DNA of 63,978 nucleotides, the filler included, from Asterionella formosa (taxonomy: Eukaryota), in the NCBI GenBank assembly GCA_002256025.1. It is 21 parts of 21 records of this genome, joined end to end, with 100 filler letters (N's around TTAATTAATTAA, not from the genome) between each part and the next. Parts side by side here need not be neighbours in the genome. Positions count along the whole stretch, not along the records: positions 1 to 1,714 come from NKIB01001407.1; positions 1,815 to 3,528 come from NKIB01001408.1; positions 3,629 to 5,341 come from NKIB01001409.1; positions 5,442 to 7,154 come from NKIB01001410.1; positions 7,255 to 8,967 come from NKIB01001411.1; positions 9,068 to 36,813 come from NKIB01001412.1; 15 more parts are not named here. The stretch is one strand, 5' to 3'. The translations under genes were made by a program, and so were the position numbers. Below the pieces are notes generated by a model that was not told the origin of the DNA, ran no database searches, and saw only the letters and a program-made list of their open reading frames with translations. Shown here in pieces: positions 1 to 11,134 of this stretch; positions within the stretch are counted from its first letter, which is position 1; each line of letters starts with the position of its first letter.

Positions 1-3
1 ACG

Positions 4-1714
4 ATGTTTTCAGGTTTCATCAAACGCAAAAAGAGTAGCGAAGTTTCCAATTCCGCGTCCACGATCAATCCTAATTCTGATGATGGCACCATCACGACCA
101 CAAAAAAAACGACTGCTACCTCTCGTCTTGGAGCCGTAAGTGTGAGTGGGAACTCGACTGTCTTTCGTGTGACTGTTCCAGAAAGTGTCCAACCTGGAGA
201 AGAATTTCAAGTCTATGCTGGAGGTCGAATTGTTAGAGTTCGTTGTCCAATAGATTCTAGACCTGGACAAGCCTTGCAAATTACAGTCCCAGCAGCTCCT
301 CCTCCTACTACTACTACTTCTCCTCCTGATGGCAATACCAACAACAATACCAACAACAACAGTCTACTACAAGATTCACCAAATGTTCAACCCATTCAAG
401 ATGGACATCAAGGAGGGCCCACTGCTTACATGGTTACCATTCCTGATGGCATTCGAGGAGGACAACAGTTCCCTGTCACTATTCAAGGACAACAACTCAT
501 GGTAACTTGTCCACAAAATGCTAGACCAGGTATGAATGTTCGAATTGTACCACCACCAACCAGTACAGACATTACCAGTCGTACCAGTATGAATAGTAAT
601 ACCAGCAACCACAGCAACAATAGCAATAACATGTCATCACCACCACTACCAATAAGAGACCAAGACAAGACAACACAATTGTTTGAAGTGGAAGTACCAA
701 GGGGAGTCCTACCTGGACAACCATTTTCTTTATTGGCAGGTGGAGTCCGAGTCCTTGTCACATGTCCAGTCAATGCTACATCAGGACAACGAATTAGATT
801 CAAATTGCCATTGGCATTGACTCAAAAACCAGCCATTTCCAATGAAGCCGCTGCCATTAAACTGTCCTATGATAAGGATGGATGGCAACGTACCATTCGA
901 GTTTCGGATATGAAATTTCAATGGGTACGAGTGGATGGACGAGGAGATGTTGAACTCAGTTCGAGATTCAATGTGGAAAAGTCGGCATATGTCAGGAAAC
1001 TGGAATTTAGACCTGGCGATGATCCAAGAATTAGAACTGGGATACTCTCTCTTGTACCTGCCAGTGATGCAGTTGTAGACTCGAGAATCAAATCAGCAGA
1101 CAATCGAGACCTTGTCACCTACTCAGACATTGCCAATGCACAAGTCAAGGCCTTTGAAGAAAAGGCCATTTGGTTTCAAGAAACTTGCGCGAAATTGTGT
1201 GTCGAATGGAATGAAGGACACATGAGAATGAATGTCCGACGTGGATTCCTTTTGGGAGATTCTGTCGATGCTGTCATGTCATTGTCCCGAAAGGATTTAC
1301 GTAAATTGTGGAGATTCGAATTTATTGGTGAAATGGGAATTGATGCTGGTGGATTGGCGAGAGAATGGTTTCAACTTGTCACGGAAAAAATATTTGATCC
1401 AGATATGGGATTGTGGCAAAGCAGTTCGGCCAATCAAATGTGTATGGAAGTCAATCCAGCATCTGGTACGTCTTTGAATTGTTGTTTGGTGTGTGTTTGT
1501 CTTTTAAATTATGCAATATCGTTTGGTTCGATATATTATATTTATTTCACTTTCGACTAACACTTGTTTTTATTCTTTCCATTTTTACTATTATGCATAC
1601 ATGCACACACAGAATATTGCTGTGAAGATCACTTGATTTATTATCGATTCTTGGGTCGGGTCATGGGCAAGGCACTCTTTGACCAACAACTTGTTGCTGG
1701 TCACATGGTTGGAT
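4..1714 (+). CDS. HECT E3 ubiquitin ligase (NEDD4-like HECT domain), copy 1, 3'-truncated by contig end
   Basis: Exon 4-1465, GT-AG intron 1466-1612, exon 1613-1714. The spliced protein reads NPAS-EYCCEDHLIYYRFLGRVMGKALFD. HECT N-lobe motif FIGEMGIDAGGLAREWF. Three N-terminal V.(V/I)P....(P/G)G..F repeats. Confidence 0.92.
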
Positions 1715-1814
1715 NNNNNNNNNNNNNNNNNNNNNNNNNNNNNNNNNNNNNNNNNNNNTTAATTAATTAANNNNNNNNNNNNNNNNNNNNNNNNNNNNNN
1801 NNNNNNNNNNNNNN
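1715..1814. other. Artificial contig linker N44-TTAATTAATTAA-N44 (first of 20)
   Basis: Same 100-nt spacer with stops in all six frames at 1715, 3529, 5342, 7155, 8968, 36814, 38627, 40440, 42252, 44064, 45876, 47692, 49504, 51316, 53127, 54938, 56749, 58560, 60370, 62174. The small contigs are 1704-1716 nt and roughly length-sorted, so adjacency across linkers is not biological. Confidence 0.99.
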
Positions 1815-3143
1815 ATTGAAACTATCAAAAAGATTGTAGAGAGGAGTATCTTCTCCTGGCTTCATTATGTGAGCAAGAGCACAGTCAGCAACTGCACATC
1901 CTTTGTCCCTTGCCGGTGTGTTTGCTTTCTCAGCCAGCAACAGCAGCATGCGTGTCTTGAATTTACCAAACTTGTCATCAATAGAGCCAAATGTTTTGTT
2001 AGCATGCAATGCCCGTACCATTATTCTAGCAAAGCACTCTACATCATACTTGTATGATACATAATTGTTTCTCTTCAGGGAAGCTAGAGTGGCAAAATCT
2101 GCAACATTAGCAACACCCAGCCACTGATCTCGACTCTCTTTGAGTTGAACAATCATCTGAAAGAAAGAACCAATTGTATGCGCACCAGGTAATCGTATTT
2201 CATTCTTAACAACTCCGATGGCATAAGCAACAAGTGCACCAATTTTGGTATTCTTGATTTGCTCAACTTTATTTTTTTTAAGAAGTTGGATGATAAAAGT
2301 ACGTACAGAATCATTGCTACCAGCTGCCAGCATGTTTGAGGAAAGACCCTCACAAGCTCCAATCATACAGTTTAGTTTTCCAAAAAGTTCTAGATAGAAC
2401 TCACTGTATTTCTTACAAGAAAGAATTGCCTTTTGTTCCTCCTGATCGTCAGAATCCTGGCTTGTTTTTTCAAGTAATATATTCAATATTTTCTGATGCT
2501 TGGTTGTGAGTTGAAAACTAGATGCTTGATTTGACTTCTTGTCTTCAAAAGATTCAATGAGAGTCTTAATACGTTCATTGTCTTCTTGCGTCTTTGCCAT
2601 TAGCTTGACTAGATTCTCATGTACAATGTGCTCATTGTCTCCTTTTGTATTGGTGCCTTCCTGTTGTTGATTAGTTAAAAACCTATTTTCGACAATGGGA
2701 TCAGTTGGATTGTTACTGCTTGGTGTTGGAGTTGTTGGAGAAGAAGGATGTGCTGCATTTGTTATCGTTGTTGATGGTGAATGATGAGTTGTGTTGGCTG
2801 CTGTTGGTTTGCGGTTCTTGTTTCCATCAACCATTTTTTGAATATCATTTAGTAAATTACTATCAATTGAATTATATCTGAGATCAAGTGTAGTCAAGAC
2901 AGTATTGACCTTGAGAGCCTCTGCAATGGCCTTGGCTCCGTCAACACCAATTGAATTATAATCGAGATAAAGTGTAGTCAAGACAGTATTGACCTTGAGA
3001 GCCTCTGCAATGGCCTTGGCTCCGTCAACACCAATTGTTTTATAATAGAGATTAAGTGAAGTCAAACTTGGATCATTCGCTTTCAACCGTTTGACAGATT
3101 TTTCCAATTCTGTTTCATTTTTCCAACCAACTGCTCTTAGCAT
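1815..3143 (-). CDS. Leucine-rich-repeat protein (RNI/NLRC3-like 28-aa LRRs) with S/T/P linker and unknown C-terminal helical region, 3'-truncated
   Basis: ATG at 3143, open to the contig end. LKANDPSLTSLNL cap followed by L.L.YNSIGVDGAKAIAEALKVNTVLTTL repeats with an 84-nt period. Confidence 0.88.
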
Positions 3144-3410
3144 TTTCAATGTCGTCTTGAATGTAATGAGGGTTGTCTTTGGTTTATTCGTGCGACTTCT
3201 TTGTTTGGTTCTTGTTCGTGTCTCGTCGTCGTTGTCATTATCGTGATTAAATTCTGCAAAAATAGTTTCTCTATCACTTGTCGTAGAATTCTACGATGCA
3301 ACTCATTATTGCTCCTGCATGATAGATGGAAGATGCCGGAAATATAGCTACATATGATGCATGATGATGATGGTAATTTATACGATTGGACTACCCGTAT
3401 GTACCGTATA

Positions 3411-3493
3411 CTTCATTGTCCTGGACCCCCCAATGTACACTGCCGTGACTGAATTTGACTGATTTTACTTAAGGGGGGTCCAGGACAATGAAG
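3411..3493. repeat. Perfect 21-bp inverted repeat with 41-bp spacer
   Basis: cttcattgtcctggacccccc (3411-3431) and ggggggtccaggacaatgaag (3473-3493). Confidence 0.95.
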
Positions 3494-3766
3494 AGATTTC
3501 CCTTATACTAGTCCTAAGTTAATTTTATNNNNNNNNNNNNNNNNNNNNNNNNNNNNNNNNNNNNNNNNNNNNTTAATTAATTAANNNNNNNNNNNNNNNN
3601 NNNNNNNNNNNNNNNNNNNNNNNNNNNNGTCGTTGGCTGTAGCTATGGCTATTATATTGCTTTTATCCGTACTCACGAGTACATATATAATTAAAAATAT
3701 ATATTTTTATGAAATTAAGTATTACAGCCTTTGGTTACGTCGAGCATGTATTTTACCGGTAGGTAT

Positions 3767-5341
3767 TGTTAATATCTGCATATGATGCTCCATACATGCG
3801 CCGTACGAACCATACCGGCGCAGCCACCAGATTAGGTACATGCGTGAGTGCTGACAACGATGTACTTGGAACAGCAATAGAATAGTCATAATATTGTAGT
3901 TCACCTTTATTCACGATAAGGTTCCCCTCAACAGAACTACAATATCTGTTCTTTCTCTCTTGTCCGCACCTGCGAAGTTGCGGGTCTTGTCGACAGTGCA
4001 AACCAGCACTGGTCTCAACAATCAACCGTCCAGCACCGCTTGCCCGTTCGCTGTCCCTGTCTCTCAGGCCTTCTTCCACCATGACGACTCCAATCGTTTC
4101 CGCTGTTTTCCCCTTCCCTCATCCGCTCTTGACGCCGATCGAGGGCAAACCTACAGCCTTCACTGTAACCCGCCTTCGCAAGGAACTCTTTGCCAACGCT
4201 CGCTCTGTCCACTGTACCAGTGGTGGTGGTGCCAATGGTTTCCTTGGTATTGTCATGGCTGCTGCTCCTTATCTCTTACGTGCCGGTGAACCCTTTGTAC
4301 CGCCCGAACATCCCGGCATCCAGCCGACACACAGTGCTACTGCAACACAGTCCCAAATCACTGCTGCCAACCGTCTCTTTGACACCTCCCTTGACGCATT
4401 CCGCCGTTACTCCCAAATCCGTGAAATTCTCCGACAACAAATTCTAACAGCCATTGACCCAACCTACTACAACGTTCTGGAAGATGCTACATTTGGATAT
4501 GCAGACATCACTGTTCTGACCTTACTTGCTCACTTAGAATCTACATATGCAACATTGAGTGCGGATGATTTGGAACTCAATCGCATGCGCTTGGCCGATG
4601 CTTGGACACCAGAGGAACCTATTGAGCATTTATGGATCCGCATCAAACATCTTCGTGCCATTGCTGATGCTGGTGGAGAACCTTTCTCTGACAGTACTGT
4701 CATGCGATTGACTCTTTCTGCTTTAGAACAGGCTGGTGTATATTCGCATAGCATTCAAACTTGGCGTGATCGCGCTGAGCTGGACCGTACATGGGTTAAT
4801 TTTTGCCCACATTTCATGCATGCTGATAAGGAACGATTGCGCCTTGCCACCGCCACCACTGCCGGTTATCATGGTGCCCATGCTGCCATTCAAACCAGTG
4901 GCCCTCCCCCATTGCCAGCTATTGCTGCCGCTGCTCGTGCTGTCCCTTCTGGATACACTTACAACAATGTCCAATTAGGCTATTGTTGGACTCATGGTCT
5001 TACCAAAAACCCTGACCATACCAGTGCAACTTGCAATCATCCAGCTTCTGGCCATCAACTCAATGCCACCCTTGATCGACGTCTGGGTGGCAGCGTCCGT
5101 CTGTTCAGTGATGGTCCCCGTCCTACCCGGCCACCCCGTGTTTCACCGCCACCTTCACCACTTGCTTGATGTGGAGGGGAGCAAGTTGCTGCCGATAATA
5201 CTATTAACACAAAGTTATCTCCCATCACTTGTCCCCCCGTCACACTCATTGCTGATTCTGGTAGTTCTGGCAATTACGCCACTGTTGATTTACCTGTCAT
5301 CAACAAACGACCTACCACCAACCCTATCACCATTCAACTTC
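3767..5341 (+). mobile_element. 5' part of a Ty1/copia (diatom CoDi-like) LTR retrotransposon: LTR, gag and start of protease
   Basis: Putative 167-bp LTR 3767-3933 bounded by TGTT...AACA. Gag 4081-5169. In-frame downstream aspartic-protease motif LIADSGSSGNY at 5245-5277. Confidence 0.85.
4081..5169 (+). CDS. gag: Retrotransposon Gag (CoDi-like)
   Basis: 362-aa intact ORF. N-terminal LTPIEGKPT...LRKELFANARSV...GGGANGFLG and C-terminal YCWTHG...HTSATC...GH Zn-knuckle-like motif typical of diatom copia gags. Confidence 0.88.
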   Translation: MTTPIVSAVFPFPHPLLTPIEGKPTAFTVTRLRKELFANARSVHCTSGGGANGFLGIVMAAAPYLLRAGEPFVPPEHPGIQPTHSATATQSQITAANRLFDTSLDAFRRYSQIREILRQQILTAIDPTYYNVLEDATFGYADITVLTLLAHLESTYATLSADDLELNRMRLADAWTPEEPIEHLWIRIKHLRAIADAGGEPFSDSTVMRLTLSALEQAGVYSHSIQTWRDRAELDRTWVNFCPHFMHADKERLRLATATTAGYHGAHAAIQTSGPPPLPAIAAAARAVPSGYTYNNVQLGYCWTHGLTKNPDHTSATCNHPASGHQLNATLDRRLGGSVRLFSDGPRPTRPPRVSPPPSPLA

Positions 5342-6078
5342 NNNNNNNNNNNNNNNNNNNNNNNNNNNNNNNNNNNNNNNNNNNNTTAATTAATTAANNN
5401 NNNNNNNNNNNNNNNNNNNNNNNNNNNNNNNNNNNNNNNNNGAGATTGGAATTCGCTAAGGACGACAATGTTTTCCTGACAAATTTATTTTGGGGCAGGA
5501 GTTTTCGACATGAAGCAATGATGGAATCAAAGAAGCAGGTCCGATTGTGGATTACGAACTCTACTACCGGTACCCTGGTACCGGCAAACGAGTAAACCAT
5601 GCACAGGCAATACTTTTCTTGTGTAAACGTACTAAATAGCAACATTTTCTTATTTGGAGGATTCTTATTCGTTCAAAATATTTAATGAATTGCTTTGCAA
5701 TGACGTTTTCCCTCGAAGCAAGAAACGAAAGAGGACGAGGTAAAGAATATTAGAAAATGATATACGTAAGAAAACTACATAGAAGTAGATATCAAGCAAA
5801 CATGCCTATCTTAATATATGACGCACACAATATTCACAATACCACTGGAACTACCTAGTACCTGGTACCGCTAACCATCGCACAACTTCTAAAAATGTCA
5901 ACCGAGATGATGACAAACTATTTTATCAGGATGACAAACTAATTGGGTTCTTACCGCTTCACTGTCAAGGGCGAAATGTGGAAATGAATACGCATGCATT
6001 GATAGCGTATTCCATACTACTATGAATGGGTAAGGAAGGAAAGTGAAAGATAGATCTTTGGCGTTATTTTCCAGGGCT

Positions 6079-7154
6079 TTAGTTTACCCAAAAGGGTAAC
6101 ATTTTTGAAATGTTGTTGGTGAAAATGAAATGGTGGTTACAATGACAACACAGAAGCACTTCGTTGACAATCAACCCACAGTGACATTCTATAACGGAAA
6201 AATGGCATTGATCTTGGTGGGAGAAATGGATATGTCGTGATGATTGATGTAGAACTACCAAAAAATGTGAATGGAGACCTGTCGATAGACCATTTGGCCA
6301 AGTGAGCTCATCAGTACTCAGTTGTTGTGTTGGCGAACAATTCTTGACAAAAGCTAAATAGGCTACCAGTATACGGTACGCACCCTTTAAATTTTTACGC
6401 CAACACTTTGTATATGCATGAAAATTTGCTGGTACCAGTAGTTGGGTGACAAGCAAGCATTGTCATTTGCTGACTGACGAAATATCGAGCTTCCAACTAT
6501 AATGCTGGTGACCCTTTAATATTTTTTCTTTCTTTGACAAAATGGTGAACATTTCTCTCACTCTGTCGTGATGATCATGTTGAACCAATGGTGCCATAAA
6601 ATAGTTTTCAAGTTTTCGAATGCTACTCAGTGACTTATAAGCTCGAGCTCCCCTCGTCGCAACAAGAAAGAAATCAATTCCATCAAACCGTTGAACTACC
6701 CTGCAAGTATAACTTTCCATCATCGTGTTAGTTCGTTTCATATGCCTACCAAGACTTGCTGTAACAGTATTTCTTTTCAATATATATCTATTTACATGAA
6801 TGACATGAATGAATTCACCGATGATACAACACTCTTCGTGTACTTGCATATGGATGATTGGAACGCCTTGAGCGACGCCTAAATTCCGTATATATGGTTT
6901 CAACAAGGCACCACAACAGCATGCACCAACCCAAGATTCGATAAATTCTATGGTCGTCGGAAACTTCTTTGAAATGATAATATGTTTCAGATTCTCCCGA
7001 TTTTGGTGAGAAACGGTGTTGGGATGACAAAATGAGCGACGGTGGTTGGGAATGGGGTTTTCTCTTGAACAGCGGTCCATTTCCATAGGACTTGGCCATG
7101 TACAATTGGGGCTGTCGTTTGGAACGTAATCTTTGTTGTGCTGGAACAACTTGA
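6079..7154 (-). pseudogene. Possible degenerate coding region of unknown product
   Basis: Two ORFs in the same frame (6463-7149, 6079-6456) separated by one TGA. No motif recognised. Confidence 0.25.
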
Positions 7155-7254
7155 NNNNNNNNNNNNNNNNNNNNNNNNNNNNNNNNNNNNNNNNNNNNTT
7201 AATTAATTAANNNNNNNNNNNNNNNNNNNNNNNNNNNNNNNNNNNNNNNNNNNN

Positions 7255-7567
7255 TGGCTTCTGTATTGCTTCCATGTCCATGCTGTAAAGGCAGTTTTTG
7301 CTGCTTTGGATCCCTGTTTTGCATGTGAGTGTGTACCCAAACGCTGTGTTAGAACTGCATGCGATGTCGTCCCCAAAGTGAGCAACGACGAGAACGTACC
7401 GACTTGACAACCTTTTGATAGAGGGCTGGTCGATCGCCACATCGTTCAACAATGTCATCAAAGTTTTCCATCAAGGTTCTTGCAGGAATCGCACTCATTC
7501 CCTCGGAACCCATCCGGATCTTGACCGCTTGAGTCACATCAGAAGTGAAGATTGGGTTGTTTGACAT
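7255..7567 (-). CDS. Long-chain acyl-CoA synthetase, bubblegum (ACSBG)-like, N-terminal fragment
   Basis: Exon 7567-7400 (MSNNPIFTSDVTQAVKIRMGSEGMSAIPARTLMENFDDIVERCGDRPALYQK), 86-nt GT-AG intron 7399-7314, exon 7313-7255 (GSKAAKTAFTAWTWKQYRS). The GDRPAL and WTWKQY motifs fit this family. Confidence 0.8.
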
Positions 7568-8108
7568 GACGGAACGTAGTGGTGATTGATGGTTTAATCG
7601 TGCTGTAAACGTTGGCTGGCTGATGATTTGGATGTTCGTTTGAATTGCTTTTATTTTTTGTGGTTCATAAGATTTATATAATCTGGCTGATGTCGTGTTT
7701 GTATCAGCCAGGATCATTTATTACCTACCGACACCATCTACCGAGTAGCACACGTTGGTCTACATATTTTTGATAAATAAAATTGTTCGTTGCTTGTGAC
7801 GTTATTTTCACGTAGAATACGTACTGTAATAAATAGCACACTGGTAGATCACAAATACCGTCTACAGCACTGATTCACGTACATCTAAGATATGTGCGTC
7901 GTGGAGCTGGGTCTTGTCCTTCAAGTCGCATGCTCACAAGGTGACAATGCAGGAAGAATACGTCAGCATGATGGATGCTGACAAGAAAAGATCCTAATAA
8001 TGCAGGAATAATACGTCAACAAGATGGATTTGTTTACCACCGTAGCATGTCCGGTATGTACCTGGTTATATATCTTATACACATGTTGAGTCGTTCCAAT
8101 AGACAAGA

Positions 8109-8295
8109 GCAAGTTGCGGTAATCTTGCTTATCTAAAGATTTAGTTCTCTTTATCCTAGATTAAATTGTTGATAAAAGCAAAATGACCGCAACTTGCAGG
8201 TACTCTGGAAGTTCCAGTAATTTTGCTCAACAAAACATTTAGCTATCTTTATCGTAGATTAAATTGTTGATTTAAGCAAAATGACCGCAACTTGC
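8109..8295. repeat. Two tandem ~89-bp hairpin (MITE-like) units
   Basis: Unit 1 (8109-8197) has arms gcaagttgcggtaatcttgctt and aagcaaaatgaccgcaacttgc (20/22 complementary). Unit 2 (8207-8295) has the same right arm and core and a decayed left arm. Confidence 0.8.
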
Positions 8296-9084
8296 TAGTG
8301 GTCCCACGGTCCCAGGTCCATTCATACTGAACTTTTGTCCCTACATACTGTGCAGCAGCAGAGCTTACTGGGATACCAGGTACCACCCCTGGTACTAGTA
8401 ACGAACAATGAGTCTTTGCGAACTCCACGTCAGCCATACCGTCAGATACCATGCAGTGGGCAAAGGAGATGATGCGCGCCGCATCATGATGATGAATATG
8501 ATGATATGCATGCAGCCATGTGCTACCGCTGTTTTGCAGGTGGTGAGGATTCCAACAGAAGGTTGATCTACCATCACGACACGCCTGCCAGGCCGAACAA
8601 ATCCTTCTGATGTCTGGCTGGCTACCTGATCTGTGAAGCCACTTCTGATGCTCACATCATTTGTTCTGTTCTTTAAATAATACCGATGTACTATATAACA
8701 ATAATAATATAGTTTGACTCTTCCTTCCTTCGCTCTGTGGACGCTAGTGAGCTGGCCCAAGAGTATATCTACCCGGTAGTACTCCAGAAAGGGAACTGCC
8801 ATTCTATTCCAAGCTATCCCAAACATACGAACGAACGAATCAATCATGAAGCTTCTATTGTCCGCATTCGTGTCCATACTTGTTTTCCATTTCCTTGTCA
8901 TCAAAAGGACAAAAGCCTTCGGTAAAATGCAGTCCTTCCGTTATATGGTTCGACGAACACATGCTCCNNNNNNNNNNNNNNNNNNNNNNNNNNNNNNNNN
9001 NNNNNNNNNNNTTAATTAATTAANNNNNNNNNNNNNNNNNNNNNNNNNNNNNNNNNNNNNNNNNNNNTAAGTAAGCATATTCAT

Positions 9085-9272
9085 TTGACAATAAGTGAGC
9101 AGCACTTATTCTTTTGACAATAAGTGAGCATCTGATTCACTTGTCAATAAGTAACATCTCCAGTCATTTGTCAATAAGTAAACATCTCCAGTCCGGTCAT
9201 TTGTCAATAAGTAAACATCTCCAGTCCGGTCATTTGTCAATAAGTAAACATCTCCAGTCATTTACCAATAAA
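9085..9272. repeat. Minisatellite, ~7 units of 27-33 bp
   Basis: Repeated ttg(a/t)caataagt(a/g)... core, e.g. ttgtcaataagtaaacatctccagtccggtcat twice in tandem. Confidence 0.9.
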
Positions 9273-11134
9273 TGACGAGATGTTTTGGGTCTTGGTTTCT
9301 AATCACTACTAAGAATATTGATTCTCGATTCGTTGGATTCCATATATTTTATCAACTCCTCCCCTTCCTGACAATGACAAAAAATCACTATCCACTGATC
9401 AATCTAGCTTGTCCAATGAGGTGAAGTATGTTGCCAGTTAAATGTTGTTGTTTTTCATGAGGTATAATATACACACGCTGACATTATTCTTTTTCTTTTT
9501 TCCTAATGCTAGCAAACCACTTTTATCGAAACTTGCATGAAGATTGCAAAGTGTCCAGGATGCTAACAATGTTGGCAACATTTCTTGCCAGCACCAACAA
9601 AATATCACTCCATTGCTTCCTGTCATACTACTGCTCAAACTTGTCCTCCTAAAGTTAAAAAGCCACAAAACGCCCACATCAGCCAGTAAATCTTTCGATG
9701 CATCCTGCTCCTCCTCCTGCCGGCTAGTACTAGCTGTCTGCACCCCCTCCAGCACCAAACCTCCAATATAAAGCTGTTGCTCCTCCAACACCTCTGCAAC
9801 CACAAGTACAAATCAAGACAGAAACCACTCCCTCCAAATCCATTCAGGAATCGGTTTCTCCTCCTCCAGGCCTGACCTGAACATTTCTGAAATTTTGTTG
9901 CGACGATAAGAAATTGTGAGTTGACATTTGTTAATGAAAATGCATTGACAATTTTTCACTCCATTTTTCCGCTGACCCTTTTTCTTTTTCACTTTTTATT
10001 CTACCTGCTGCTTGTCATTGTCACGCCATACCCTTCGATTTACGTTTCATACTTTGGTTGCTTAACAACATCATGTCCAAATTTCGATGCTTGTTACAAT
10101 CATTCTTGTGTGACTATTTTTCATGCATATACCGGTACCAGTAAATTCGGTGGTCCATGCATTTTTGATGCACATGTGACTACACTCTAGCTCTATTCCT
10201 ATTTGCTAAAAGTTTGGGCATGAGAAAATCACAACTTCAGCCAATTGGCTTTGGTATTTGGCTGATGCAGTGGCGATGCTCTAAAAGAAATACAAACCAA
10301 CTTTTTTGTACTCAATCTGTTCAAAGAATAATATGTTTAATATCCCATTTTTACTCCCCTATTTATAGGCAAGTATTTCATTGTGCTACCTGCCAACAAG
10401 ACGTGTGCTTCCCTATCTTTGTTAGTGTAGATGAGTCCCCAACCACCTTTTGCGAAAGGTGATCATCTTAGCGGTAGCGTTAGTAGGGGGAAATCCGACC
10501 ACCTAGGAAGGCGGCACAAGCTGCTTGTAGGTGGGCAACCCACTATTTCTTGCACAACAGGCAATACCATGCGGGACAGTAAGGAGTGTGGGAGTCGAAC
10601 CTAACAATTGTTTCTCAAAACTCAATCTGTTCAGTTTTAGTTGCAACAAAAATTAGTCACTGCCTCTCATTAAGTGCAAACTCCGGTAATTCTCATGCTA
10701 ACAATCCCGCCTATTGAAGATTTTTTCTGAACCAATTGGTGCGTATAACATAACGTTATAAGTATTCTAGAAATAGGTGAAGCAGAACTCAATTTTTGGC
10801 GTGTTTTTCATACAGTGATCGGAACCCCCCCCCCCCCCCCTTTTTTTTTAATTTACCCTTCGCTAACCAACAGTCTAGCATATTAGACATTAGCTATAGA
10901 GGTCAAGTGATTAAATGCAAATGTTGTCTTTGACATCCTGTTGTACATCTTTTGAAATTGATTTTCAAAAGCGGGATTATTTCAAGATTACTACAATATA
11001 CATGGTATACTGTGTATGGTAGGTCACCTATGATTAGACTGAAAGCGTCACCACGAAGTATGTAAATGCATTGCATTCCCATGTAATACATTTTCCCTGT
11101 TTCAAGGAGTGCAAGCGTCAACGAATATATTATC

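Noticed and set aside
1715..1814. TTAATTAATTAA as a biological motif or TTAA transposon target site
   Set aside because: Identical in all 20 N-flanked spacers; it is a six-frame-stop concatenation linker.
9085..9272. CRISPR array (also considered for 49660-49751, 58660-58808 and 63589-63930)
   Set aside because: No unique spacers between constant repeats, no cas genes, and a eukaryotic context.
10560..10625. tRNA or SINE (minus-strand ggttcgactccc B-box-like motif)
   Set aside because: Only a T-arm-like motif is present; I could not build an acceptor stem, D-arm or anticodon arm.
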